Below are positions 11,685-20,830 of a DNA stretch of 64,000 nucleotides, in pieces. The notes under the pieces were generated by a model. The model was not told the origin of the DNA. It made no database searches and saw only the letters and a list, made by a program, of their open reading frames with translations. Position 1 is the stretch's first letter. Each line of letters starts with the position of its first letter. The stretch is from an uncultured Alphaproteobacteria bacterium (lineage in GTDB: Bacteria > Pseudomonadota > Alphaproteobacteria > Rhizobiales > Hyphomicrobiaceae). A program made the translations under genes and the position numbers. The stretch covers positions 391,319 to 455,318 of the forward strand of contig CAWFXM010000012.1 in assembly GCA_963819775.1 (NCBI GenBank), written 5' to 3'.

Positions 11685-13208
11685 TCACGGTGCCGCCGCC
11701 ATCCGCTTGTTCCAGCCGGCGCTGATGTCGCCACGCTCGAGCCACAGATCGCGCAGTTGCGCCGAAAGATCCGAGACGCTCTGGTCGCGATCGATCTCCC
11801 AGGCATAAGGGTCGAGGCCCATCGACGAGAACAGGTTGGCGTAGGCGTTCTGCAGCGTTGCATAGGCGATGTCGTGCTTGGCCTCGGCGACGAGCGTGTT
11901 CATCTCCTCGCGGATCAGCGTCTGCTTGCTGACCCGGTCGGCGGCCGCCTCGGCCCGCATCTGCCCGACCAGCCGCGACTGCACGTCGAGGAATTCGACC
12001 GACGTCGCCAGCTCCTTCTTGGAGTGCAGGAAGCGGACGCGGCTGACGTGGACCTGCGTCATGACGGCCATGGTCAGCGCCAGTCCTCGCGTCTTGAGCA
12101 GGTCCTCCTGCCGCTCCACCACCTTGCGGCGGGCGGGATAGTTGAACACCTTGATCAGGTTCCAACTGGCCTTGGCGCCCCAGTTCACCCACTCGTTGTG
12201 CAGCAGGAATTCGTTGCTGTCGTAGTTCGTGCCCGCATACATCTGCAGGCCCGGCAGCAATTCGAGCAGCGCTGCGTCGGCCTCGTGCTCGTTGATCCGC
12301 ACCCGATACTGCAGCTCGCGCAGCTCCGGCCGGTTGTAGATCGCCGTGGACATCATGTCCTTCAGATCGGCCTGCAGCTCGAGCTTGCCGTCCTTGCGCG
12401 CTTCCGCCGCCAGCTTGAACGGCGTGCCGGGGGCAATGTTCATCAGCGCGGCCAGCTGCGCCTTCGCCGTGTTCAGCTCGCGCTGGATCTCGCCGATCTT
12501 GACCTTGATCTCGACCAGCTCGCGCTCATACGTCAGCGCGGTGATCGGCGAGGTCTGCTTGCTCTTATAGAGTGCGCGAGTCTCCTGCAGTGCCGATCGC
12601 GTCTCGCCTTCCAGCTTGCCCAGCCGCTGCATCAGACGTTCGGCGCTGATCGTCCGCCAATAGGCGCTGCGCACGTCCTCGACGATGCGATGCATCACCT
12701 TGCGGCGCATTTCCTCCTGCACCAGCACCTTGTCGGCGGACTGGCGGGCGCGCACCAGCGACAGGCCGAAGTCGAGCATATTCCAGGTGAAGCCGATGTC
12801 GGCGACCGAGATCTTGCGCTCCTGCGAGGTCGAGTCGGCGAAATTCTGCGTGTTGGTGGTCAGATTGTAGCTCGACGCGGCGTTGTCGTTGTCACGGGCC
12901 GCATAGCCGCTGTTGACCACGGCGTTGGGCAGCAAACTGAAATGCGCCAGATCGAGCTCGCGCAGGCGCAGCGATTGCTCGGCGATTTCGACGCGATGAT
13001 CGAGATTGTATTTCAGCGCCCGCGCCATCGCCTCGTAGAGGTCGATCGCGCCGCCGATCGCTTCCTGGTCCGCCGTCACCTGCTGCTGATGCGTCGTCGA
13101 GGCCACGGTCAGGGCTTCGGTGGTCAGCGGCTGCGGCTTCACCACGCAGCCGGCCAGCAGCAGCGCCGCCGTCGATATCGACAAATGTCTCCGGAGTTTC
13201 GGCAGCAT
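11685..13208 (-). CDS. TolC-family outer-membrane efflux lipoprotein
   Basis: ORF 11685-13298. The internal start MLPKLRRHLSISTAALLLAGC carries a lipobox. The sequence is TolC-like throughout (LYEAMARALKYNLDHRV..., two repeated halves). Confidence 0.8.
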   Translation of the reverse strand: MLPKLRRHLSISTAALLLAGCVVKPQPLTTEALTVASTTHQQQVTADQEAIGGAIDLYEAMARALKYNLDHRVEIAEQSLRLRELDLAHFSLLPNAVVNSGYAARDNDNAASSYNLTTNTQNFADSTSQERKISVADIGFTWNMLDFGLSLVRARQSADKVLVQEEMRRKVMHRIVEDVRSAYWRTISAERLMQRLGKLEGETRSALQETRALYKSKQTSPITALTYERELVEIKVKIGEIQRELNTAKAQLAALMNIAPGTPFKLAAEARKDGKLELQADLKDMMSTAIYNRPELRELQYRVRINEHEADAALLELLPGLQMYAGTNYDSNEFLLHNEWVNWGAKASWNLIKVFNYPARRKVVERQEDLLKTRGLALTMAVMTQVHVSRVRFLHSKKELATSVEFLDVQSRLVGQMRAEAAADRVSKQTLIREEMNTLVAEAKHDIAYATLQNAYANLFSSMGLDPYAWEIDRDQSVSDLSAQLRDLWLERGDISAGWNKRMAAAP

Positions 13209-14033
13209 AGCTCGCCTGCTTTGGTGTTGAGGCAACACAAAACGCGACAAGCACAAATTCGGGGATGTGGCAGCCCGTCGGGCCGATTCTGCGAGCACAA
13301 TTCCAGTCTAAGACAACGACTTGACCGGCTCTCACTCACTGCGTGCGTACGCAATCCGACGAGGCCCATCGACAAGCTTCAAATCACGACCCTGGTGTTG
13401 TCGCAGGTCCGAAGTGGCGGAAACACGCAGGTTTCAGAAACACATCTACTTCCCTGATCCGGCATTCGAATCACTCAGCAGACGTATGAGATGCTGCTCA
13501 ACAAACATTAACCGGTCGTTACCTTTATCTGGTCGGCGATCCTGCCGTTGCCGCCGTCGCTGCCTGCCATGTTTCGGGCCATCCTCCGCCGCGTTGCCGC
13601 GCCACCTCGACGTTAAGAAAAATAGTGCGACCTAGACTTAACTCCGACGCGCGTGGGTTGCAGTCGCCGAACCGTTCGGCGATAGTGACGCAGTAAGTTT
13701 TCGATGTTCATTTTCACGCGCCATCGCAATCAGACGTTGATCATATTGATCATAATGCGTGGGATGCGAGCCAACTCGAGGCGCAACAAGCCGGTCGGAC
13801 TTCGTTGCAGTGCATGCGGGCGGTACGGGGCAGGGGCGGGTTCAGCAAGGGGAGGTTGTATTCGGGGCGTCGGTGAAGGGCCGTCCCGAATATAGTTGCC
13901 GAAGAAATAGTTGCCGAAGCAGAGGCGTCGTCGCCCGGCCGTTCGCCGGTCGGCCAGCTTGTCGTGTCCAGTCTCCTGTCGTGTCCAATCTATCGCGTGT
14001 GACCAGCCCTTCGCGTGTGAGTAGCGTTCCGGA

Positions 14034-16868
14034 ATGTTCAAAGCACCGAATACCCGACCCGACGTGGACCCGGCGCCCGAAGCCGGAACCCCGTATGCCG
14101 CCACCGCTCCGCGGCCCATCGCGCGCCTCGTCCCGCACTCGGGCATCCAGATCATCGATCTCGAGTTGCCGGCGACCGTGCTGGCGCAGGTGCTGCACTC
14201 CTTCGCCGAGCATCGCTACGCCACGGGCGGCAGCTTCCGCACCATCCTGATGCCGCTCGACCGCGCCGGCAGCGGCGACGTCGTCTGGCACCCGGTCTCC
14301 CACCGCGCGCTCGCGCCCGACGAAATCATGTCGATCTCCGGTCAGTCCGCCATCGATTCGTTCGCCGGCCGCTGGGTGCCGCTGCCCTATCTGCGCTTTC
14401 TCGGACGCGACGAGGCGGGCCAACCGTCGTTCGATGCCGGCCCCGAGAACTGGGCGCGCGTGTTCATCGCGGCACCGTCGCCATCCGGCGGCAATTCGTC
14501 CGGCGGCGACGCCGGCGACGCGGCGGTCTACCGTCTGGCGCTCGCCTTCGACACCCGTCTCGACGCGGCCGATCGCAGTGGCGAACGCCGCTATCTCGCG
14601 CCCAATTCCGACGACGCCTTGCTCGGCGCGTCGTTCAAGCTGGCGACCGGCGCGGGCGATCTCGCGCGCTTCGCCAGCCGGCCGTGGATCGACGGCTGGC
14701 TGCGACAGGGCCTCGATGCCTACCGCGCGCGGCCCGGCGGTGGCGGATCGCGGTCGCCGTTCGAACTCGAGCACGTCGCCCGCTATCTGGTCCTGGCCGA
14801 GGTCTTGGGCCGCTACTGCGCGATGCCGGAGATCCGCTTCCTCGATACGCTGAGCAAGCGGTGGCCGGTGCCCATCACCGGCGTCGATCTCGTGCTCGAC
14901 ATGACCGCCTCCGATACCGCCGCCCTGCTGGTCGATCGCGATACCGGCGACGGCGGCGCGCCGCTGGCGTCCGCCGCCCCTCTGGCGCTCCGCGACTTGA
15001 CCAACCCCACTGCCCAGTTCTCAGGGCCGATCCCGACCCAGGTCGAGTTCGCTCTGCCGCCCTTTGGTGATGCCGGCCTGTCGCGCCGCAGTGGCCGTCC
15101 CGATGCCTTCCTCTGGCCGAGCCTCGCCCGCGTCGGGCAGGAGGCGGTCGCGCTGTCGCTCCGCGCCACGGCGACTGTGGGCGTCACCGGTCAATCCGAC
15201 TTGCCCGCACTGATGACCGAGACCGGTGCAGCCGACGACATCTGGCGAATAGGCGTCGATGGCGCCGGCGGCGGCATCGGCCCGGTCGTGTCGGGCGCCT
15301 TGCTCGCCCATGTCGCCGAGGACGGCACCCCGTTGTCCGCCGCCGATGCCGGGCGCGCGCCTGCCGTCCGGCCGCGCTTCGCGCTGTCGTCGCTGATGAC
15401 GTTCTTCCTGGCCGAGCTGCTGCTCCACGCCATCGCCGCCGTCAATGCCGTCGCCACCGCCGAAGATCCGCGCCGCCCCACCGGCGTGCGGCAGTTGCGC
15501 CGCATCGTCGTCACCGTCGCCGCCGGCATGCCGTACGACGAGCGCGCCGGCACCCTCGCCCACGTCGACCGGGCCATCGATCTGGTCTGGCGCGCCCTCG
15601 GCTGGGACGGAGCGCGGGAGATCGGCGCGCCGCCGCGACCCGAGACCAGCCTCGGCGCAGGCACCGAGCTGGCCAGCCAGCTCTATCAGTTCCGGCGTGA
15701 AATCGCGGCGCGCTACGGCAATGATTTCGGCCCGCTGATCGGCGCGCGCGACGGTGCCGACGGCGGCAGCGCGATGGTCGCCGTCCATGGTCCGCGCGGC
15801 CCCCATGTCGTCCGCGTCGCCAGCGTCGAGCTCGGCGGTCCGCTCACCGGCGCCATCGTCACCGACTACGCCGTCGCCGGCGATGGAATGCTGATGCCGC
15901 TGCAAGCCGTCACCGAGCGCTGGGCCGAGGGCGACACCGGCATCGGCGGCGCGATGGCCGAGCGGTTCATCCTCTCCGCCCTCACCACCGCGCTGGCCGA
16001 TCACGGCATCGGCGCGCCCGGCGTGTTCCTCTCCCGCACCCTCGACACCACCACGGCGCGGGCCAGCACCGAGCGCAATCTCGCCCGCCGCCTGCAGTCG
16101 AAAATCGTCCGCCCCGCCGCCGCAGCCCTGTTGCAGATCGCGCGCGAGTTGCCGCCGCGCATCGCCAGCGGGCAGCGCATCCAGTCGCTTCGCGGCCTCG
16201 TCGAGCGCGGCGGCGGACGCTTCGATCCCCATGCCGCCGAGTTCGACGCGCTGGCGCAGCGCGAGGGCGCGGCCGCATTCCGCCTCGACCGCGTCGAGAT
16301 CCGCTTCAGCCAGCGCCAGCTCGATCTGGCCATCCGCGCCGCCGCCGCCGAGGCGATCCGCCGCGCCGCCGATCTCGTCGCGCGTCAGCATTGCGATTTC
16401 GTCCTGATGTCGGGCAGTCTGACTGCAATCAGCGCCATCGCCGACGATGTCGTCGCCGCGCTCCCGCTCGAGCCCGGCCGCATCGTCATGCCCGCGCGCG
16501 GCGCCGAAGCCCGTGCGTCCGCCGAGCCCGGCGCCGGCCTCGCCGCGCTCACGCCCGTGCGGTTCGCCGGTCTCGCAGGCGCCTATCTCGCCGGCCGTGC
16601 CATGCCGGGCTTCGAAGCGTTCGACCGCGTGGTGCGCTCAATCGGCCGCGACGCGTCGACCTTGATGCCCGCGCCGCCGATGCTGTCGCTGCCCGGTGCC
16701 TCCGGCTCGAATTCGCCCGCGCCGGGAGCCGGCCTGGTGATCGACGTCCTGCCCCGCATGCTGTCGGCCTCGGCCGCGACAGCCACCAGCGCCACCGCCA
16801 CTGGCGAACGCGCCACCTTTGCCGAGCGCCCCACCCTTGCCGAGCGTGCCGGGAGCGTCGAGCCATGA
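14034..16868 (+). CDS. srfB: SrfB-like protein (virulence factor SrfB family)
   Basis: 944-aa ORF. The N-terminal blocks HSGIQIIDLELP and GRWVPLPYLRF...GPENWARVFI match my memory of SrfB family signatures. It is followed by an srfC-like gene with an ATGA overlap. Confidence 0.7.
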   Translation: MFKAPNTRPDVDPAPEAGTPYAATAPRPIARLVPHSGIQIIDLELPATVLAQVLHSFAEHRYATGGSFRTILMPLDRAGSGDVVWHPVSHRALAPDEIMSISGQSAIDSFAGRWVPLPYLRFLGRDEAGQPSFDAGPENWARVFIAAPSPSGGNSSGGDAGDAAVYRLALAFDTRLDAADRSGERRYLAPNSDDALLGASFKLATGAGDLARFASRPWIDGWLRQGLDAYRARPGGGGSRSPFELEHVARYLVLAEVLGRYCAMPEIRFLDTLSKRWPVPITGVDLVLDMTASDTAALLVDRDTGDGGAPLASAAPLALRDLTNPTAQFSGPIPTQVEFALPPFGDAGLSRRSGRPDAFLWPSLARVGQEAVALSLRATATVGVTGQSDLPALMTETGAADDIWRIGVDGAGGGIGPVVSGALLAHVAEDGTPLSAADAGRAPAVRPRFALSSLMTFFLAELLLHAIAAVNAVATAEDPRRPTGVRQLRRIVVTVAAGMPYDERAGTLAHVDRAIDLVWRALGWDGAREIGAPPRPETSLGAGTELASQLYQFRREIAARYGNDFGPLIGARDGADGGSAMVAVHGPRGPHVVRVASVELGGPLTGAIVTDYAVAGDGMLMPLQAVTERWAEGDTGIGGAMAERFILSALTTALADHGIGAPGVFLSRTLDTTTARASTERNLARRLQSKIVRPAAAALLQIARELPPRIASGQRIQSLRGLVERGGGRFDPHAAEFDALAQREGAAAFRLDRVEIRFSQRQLDLAIRAAAAEAIRRAADLVARQHCDFVLMSGSLTAISAIADDVVAALPLEPGRIVMPARGAEARASAEPGAGLAALTPVRFAGLAGAYLAGRAMPGFEAFDRVVRSIGRDASTLMPAPPMLSLPGASGSNSPAPGAGLVIDVLPRMLSASAATATSATATGERATFAERPTLAERAGSVEP

Positions 16869-19469
16869 CGCCAGCGCAACGCCTCACGCTGTCGGCCCGT
16901 CAGGCGGCCGAGCAGGCACAGCGGCTGCTGTCGTGGTTGCAGCACAGCAAGGACGACCGGCCGGAAATCGCCGGGCTCATCGACGAGATCGAAAGCATCT
17001 CCGGCGAGGTCGGGCGGGTCATCGACGCCATCGACACGCGGCCGACCATCGGCATCGCCGGCGGTTACGACTCGGGCAAAACCGCGCTGCTCGCCGCCCT
17101 GTCCGGCTCCGCCGATCAGCCGTTGCGCGCCGAATTCTCCAACCGCGAGGCCAGCCTCGACGTGCTCTCCAGCGTGCTGCCCAATCGCGGCGGCGCGCGA
17201 TCGTCGGCTGCCGTGCGCCTGTCGAAGCAGGATCTGCCCGCCGCGCCGCGCGGGTTTCCGGTGCGCGTCCGCATCCTCGGTCAGCTCGATCTGATCAAGC
17301 TCGTATTCCGCGCGCACGCCAGTCACATCGGCGCCGCCGCTGGTCAGGCGCCGTCGGCCCGCGCCGTCGCCAATCTGTTCACCGAGGCCGAGCGGCAGCT
17401 GCAGCCGCGCGCCGTGGCGGGCTTGTCCGCCCGCGATATCGTCGAGCTGCGCGAGGACGTGCATGGCTTCGATCCCTATTCGCCGTTGCTGCGCGTGCTC
17501 GCCGCCGCCGGCTACTGGGATCGCCTCGCGCTGACCGTCGCCCATCTGCCCGAAGTCGAGCGCACGCGGCTCGTCGCGCTGCTGTGGAACGAGGAGCCGG
17601 TCCTCACCGCCATCTATTCCGTGCTCAACAGCGCCATCGACAAGCTCGGCCACGCCACCGAGGTGTTCTGCGAGCTCGGCGCCATCGTCACGCGGGAGCC
17701 GGCCACCGGCTGGATGGTGCCGCATCGCGCCAGCATCGTCGCCGCCGACACGCTGGCCGGCCTCGCTCATGCGCTGGGCGCTGTGCCGGCCTCGACGGTG
17801 CAGGTTTCGGGCCGCTTCGGCGGTTCCATCGCGCTCGACCGCGCGGTGATGGCGACGCTCGCGGCCGAGCTGCCGTTGACCTTGCAGAGCGCGCCCATCG
17901 CCGGGCTCGCCGAAACCGACGTGGTCACGTTCCCTGGCGCGCCGCCGGTCGTCGAACTGGTCCGCTCCGATCCCGCTGCAGCGCTCGCCGCCGGCGGCGA
18001 GGTCCGTGGCGGCCTCGGCGTCGAGGCGGCGGTGTCGATCCTCGCCCAGGCCAAGAGCGTGTTCCTGCTCGAACGCGCCGCCCGCCGCCATCAGCTGGCG
18101 AGCCTCGTCGTCTGCCTCGATCCGGCCGAGCCGCCCGACGACGTGCTCGCCAGCGCCATCGGCGACTGGATCGCCACCGAGCAGGGCGTCGAGCCGCATC
18201 ACCGCGAGCGCGTCCGCACCGGCCTGTTCGTCGTCGTCACCCGCCCGCTCGGCGGCGGCGATAGCGTCAGCCGGGTCGAGCCGTGGCGTGCCGCCGCCGC
18301 AGACGACGCGGTCGTCCGCTCGGTGTCCGAAGGCATCGGCGTCGATCAGGACTGGCCGGGCGAATGGACGCCCAACCACCACTTCGACAACTACTTTGCG
18401 TTCCACCGGGCGGTGCGCGGGTCGGGCGCGCGAACCGGCGAAACCCAGCTCCGCCTCGTCAACGGCTCGGCCGCGAACACGGCCCCGGCGTCCAGCGGTG
18501 CCGACAGCCTCGTCCGCGCCCTCGCGGTGGTCGCCGTTCGCGTCAAGCGGCAACGCCTGCTCGGCCTGCATCTCGGCGGGCTGCGGCGGCGGCTGCGGTC
18601 GCGCGTGCTCCGCCATCATCTGTCGAACGATCCGATGGAAATCGCCGAATGGCGGCGTCAGGTCGCCAACGTCGCCGTCAATCGCCTGCGCCGTCCGATG
18701 CCGGGCGCACGATCAGGCAGTGTCAGCGCGGGCACGCTCGTCGCCGCATTGTCCGTCTCCGACGCCGAGCTGGCCGCCGCCATCGACACATCGCTGCGTT
18801 CGGATGTGCGTTCGGATGAGCGTTCTGGCCTTCGATCCGGACCCGCGCGCCGCCGCCGATGCCGCCACGGCCTTCGAAAATCCATCGTTCGGCCATGACT
18901 CCGCCGCAGCCGCCGTCGCCTATTGGTTGCGGGCCATGCGTCAGTCTGGACGCTCTGCCCGGTTCTGCCGGCACTTGGGGGTACCGCAAACCGTGTTGCA
19001 ACATGTGATCGACGAGCTGGCGATCGGCGCCGTTCGCACGGGTGTCGTCGCCGAGACGACAGCCGCCTTCGCCCGCTTGCCGCCGGCCATGTCGTCGTCG
19101 CCCGCCGCGCCCGTTCACCTTGCTGCTACCCCCGTTCACCTTGCTGCTACCGCAGTGCGGATCATCGAGGCCTACCTTGCTAGTATCCCCCGGACGGTCG
19201 CCGATCCTGCTGTCCGCGCGGGGCCGTCGCCGTCTCACGACGTCGTGCCGTCCCCGGCTGCCGGCCGGCACGTCGATGCCGCCGGTCCGCACCGCGCGCA
19301 ATCCCGCGCCGGTGCCTTCGGTGGTCCCGCCTGGACCAGCGCCGTCGCCGCACTGGTCGAAGCCAATATCGCGGCGGTCTCGGGTTTGGTCGATGCGGCG
19401 GAACGCGATCGGGAGCTCGGTGAATTGTTGACGGGATTCGCCTCCAGTCCATTCGAGGTCGAGCTGTGA
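16865..19469 (+). CDS. srfC: SrfC-like P-loop protein (putative bacterial virulence factor family); frame change near 18820
   Basis: The start MTPAQRLTLSARQ at 16865 overlaps the srfB stop. It has a P-loop IGIAGGYDSGKTALLAAL. ORF 16391-18898 continues in ORF 18006-19469 (..AFDPDPRAAADAATAFENPSFG..AYWLRAMRQSG..). The span is 3n+1. Confidence 0.65.
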
Positions 19470-20827
19470 GCGAAGTCACGATCGAAGTCGTCGAGGATGC
19501 CGAGCATCCCGAAGGTGGCCATGCCGTCATCCGTTTGAACGGCCTCTGGCTGCTGCCGGCCAATGCCACGTTCCGCATCGAACCACTCGACGACAGCAAC
19601 CCCGACCTGCTGCCGCCCGATTGGCCGCGCGGTGATCGCTCTCCCGTCGCCACGCGCCTGACGCCGCAGGGCGTCGAGATCGTCGTCGGGCCGGACATCG
19701 TCGATGCTTCGCCGCTGTTGCCGGGCACGCCGGTCGCCGTTTCGGTTCCGGCGGCGTTCGTCCGCGCCGAGGTGTTGTGGCCAGACCTGCCGGTCTCCGC
19801 CCCCGCCGCCGCCGCCCCCGTCGTCTTGACCGCCGCCGAGCTTGCGGCCGAGCTCGATGCCGTCGCCCTCGCCAACCGGCAGCGGGAGGAGGCCGAAGCC
19901 CTACAGCAATTGCGCCAGCAGATGAACGGCGCCGAAAAGGGCCATGACGCCGCCGACGTTGATTTGCGCGGGTTGTCGGAGTTGCGTCTGCGCCCGGCGT
20001 CCGCCGCCGCAGCGGACTCCGCCATCGACCTCTCGCCGGTCATGCCTGCCGCCGCCGACGGCGCGCAGAAGTCGTCGCGCGACGCAGCCATAGCGGCGTT
20101 CGTCACGCAGTCGGGGTCGTCCGCCACACCCAGTTCTCTGCCATCCTCGCAATCCGCCACGCAAGCCGCATCTGGCACTGCGCTGCAAGCCGACCCTGGC
20201 CGCTCGCGCGCGCTGGTGCCGGTCGGCGCGTCCTTCCGGCCGTCGCTGCGGCGGCCGCTCGGCATGGGCGTGCCGTTCGCGGTCGGCTTCGCCATCGCCG
20301 CGCTGTTGACGGGGCTGTTCGCCTGGCGGCAGGCCGGCACGCCGTCGTCACGCGGCATCGATGCCGCCGCTCCCGCCGCATCGCTCGCCGATCTGCTCGC
20401 GGTCGCTGTCGTCAGCCCGCGCGGCCGATCCGCCGCCGAGGTCGATTTGCCGACCGCCTTGAAGCTCGCCGACGAGAGCCTGCACGCCACGGCCGGCGGT
20501 GCCGACCGCCCCGAGGCGTCGTTCTGGCTGCGCAAGTCGCTCGCGCTGTCGGTCGGCACCCAGCAACTGTCGTGGACGTTGACACAGCTCGGCACCCTTT
20601 ACGCTCAACCCGCCGCCGGCGCGCCCGACTACGGCAAGGCGCGGCTGTTGTGGGAGTTGGCCGGGGCGAGCGGCGATGCCACCGCGCTCTGTTTCCTCGG
20701 CGCGCTGCACGAGCATGGGCTGGGCATCCCCAAAAGCCCGCGTCAGGCGCTCGGCCTCTATCAGCGTGCCAAGGCGCAAGGCGGTTGCAACGATGTCGAT
20801 GACGCGATCGCACGGGTGAGGAACTGA
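19466..20827 (+). CDS. Single-pass membrane protein with C-terminal Sel1-like repeats
   Basis: 453-aa ORF whose GTG start overlaps the srfC stop (GTGA). It has a TM segment MGVPFAVGFAIAALLTGLFAW. The Sel1 signature is ARLLWELAGASGDATALCFLGALHEHGLGIPKSPRQALGLYQRAKAQG. Confidence 0.7.
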   Translation: MSEVTIEVVEDAEHPEGGHAVIRLNGLWLLPANATFRIEPLDDSNPDLLPPDWPRGDRSPVATRLTPQGVEIVVGPDIVDASPLLPGTPVAVSVPAAFVRAEVLWPDLPVSAPAAAAPVVLTAAELAAELDAVALANRQREEAEALQQLRQQMNGAEKGHDAADVDLRGLSELRLRPASAAAADSAIDLSPVMPAAADGAQKSSRDAAIAAFVTQSGSSATPSSLPSSQSATQAASGTALQADPGRSRALVPVGASFRPSLRRPLGMGVPFAVGFAIAALLTGLFAWRQAGTPSSRGIDAAAPAASLADLLAVAVVSPRGRSAAEVDLPTALKLADESLHATAGGADRPEASFWLRKSLALSVGTQQLSWTLTQLGTLYAQPAAGAPDYGKARLLWELAGASGDATALCFLGALHEHGLGIPKSPRQALGLYQRAKAQGGCNDVDDAIARVRN

Positions 20828-20830
20828 CGC

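Noticed and set aside
13737-13754. An FNR/FixK-type box (ttgatcatattgatcata).
   Set aside because: The two TTGAT halves are direct repeats, not inverted, so the sequence does not match TTGAT-N4-ATCAA.
13209-14033. A missing srfA gene, or a small peptide precursor for the M50/HlyD cassette. Candidates included a 49-codon Cys/Arg-rich ORF at 13486-13635 (+) and 20-32-codon ORFs on the minus strand.
   Set aside because: The region is too short for an srfA-sized gene. The small ORFs lack ribosome-binding sites and have compositions expected by chance, and none looks like a leader-core peptide.
18805-19469. A separate ~220-aa gene (start MCVRMSVLAFDPDP..) overlapping the end of a shorter srfC (16865-18898).
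   Set aside because: This is possible but less likely. The overlap would be ~90 nt with no RBS, the span is 3n+1 like the other broken genes, and a 12-bp duplication sits at the junction. I treated it as one gene with a frame change.
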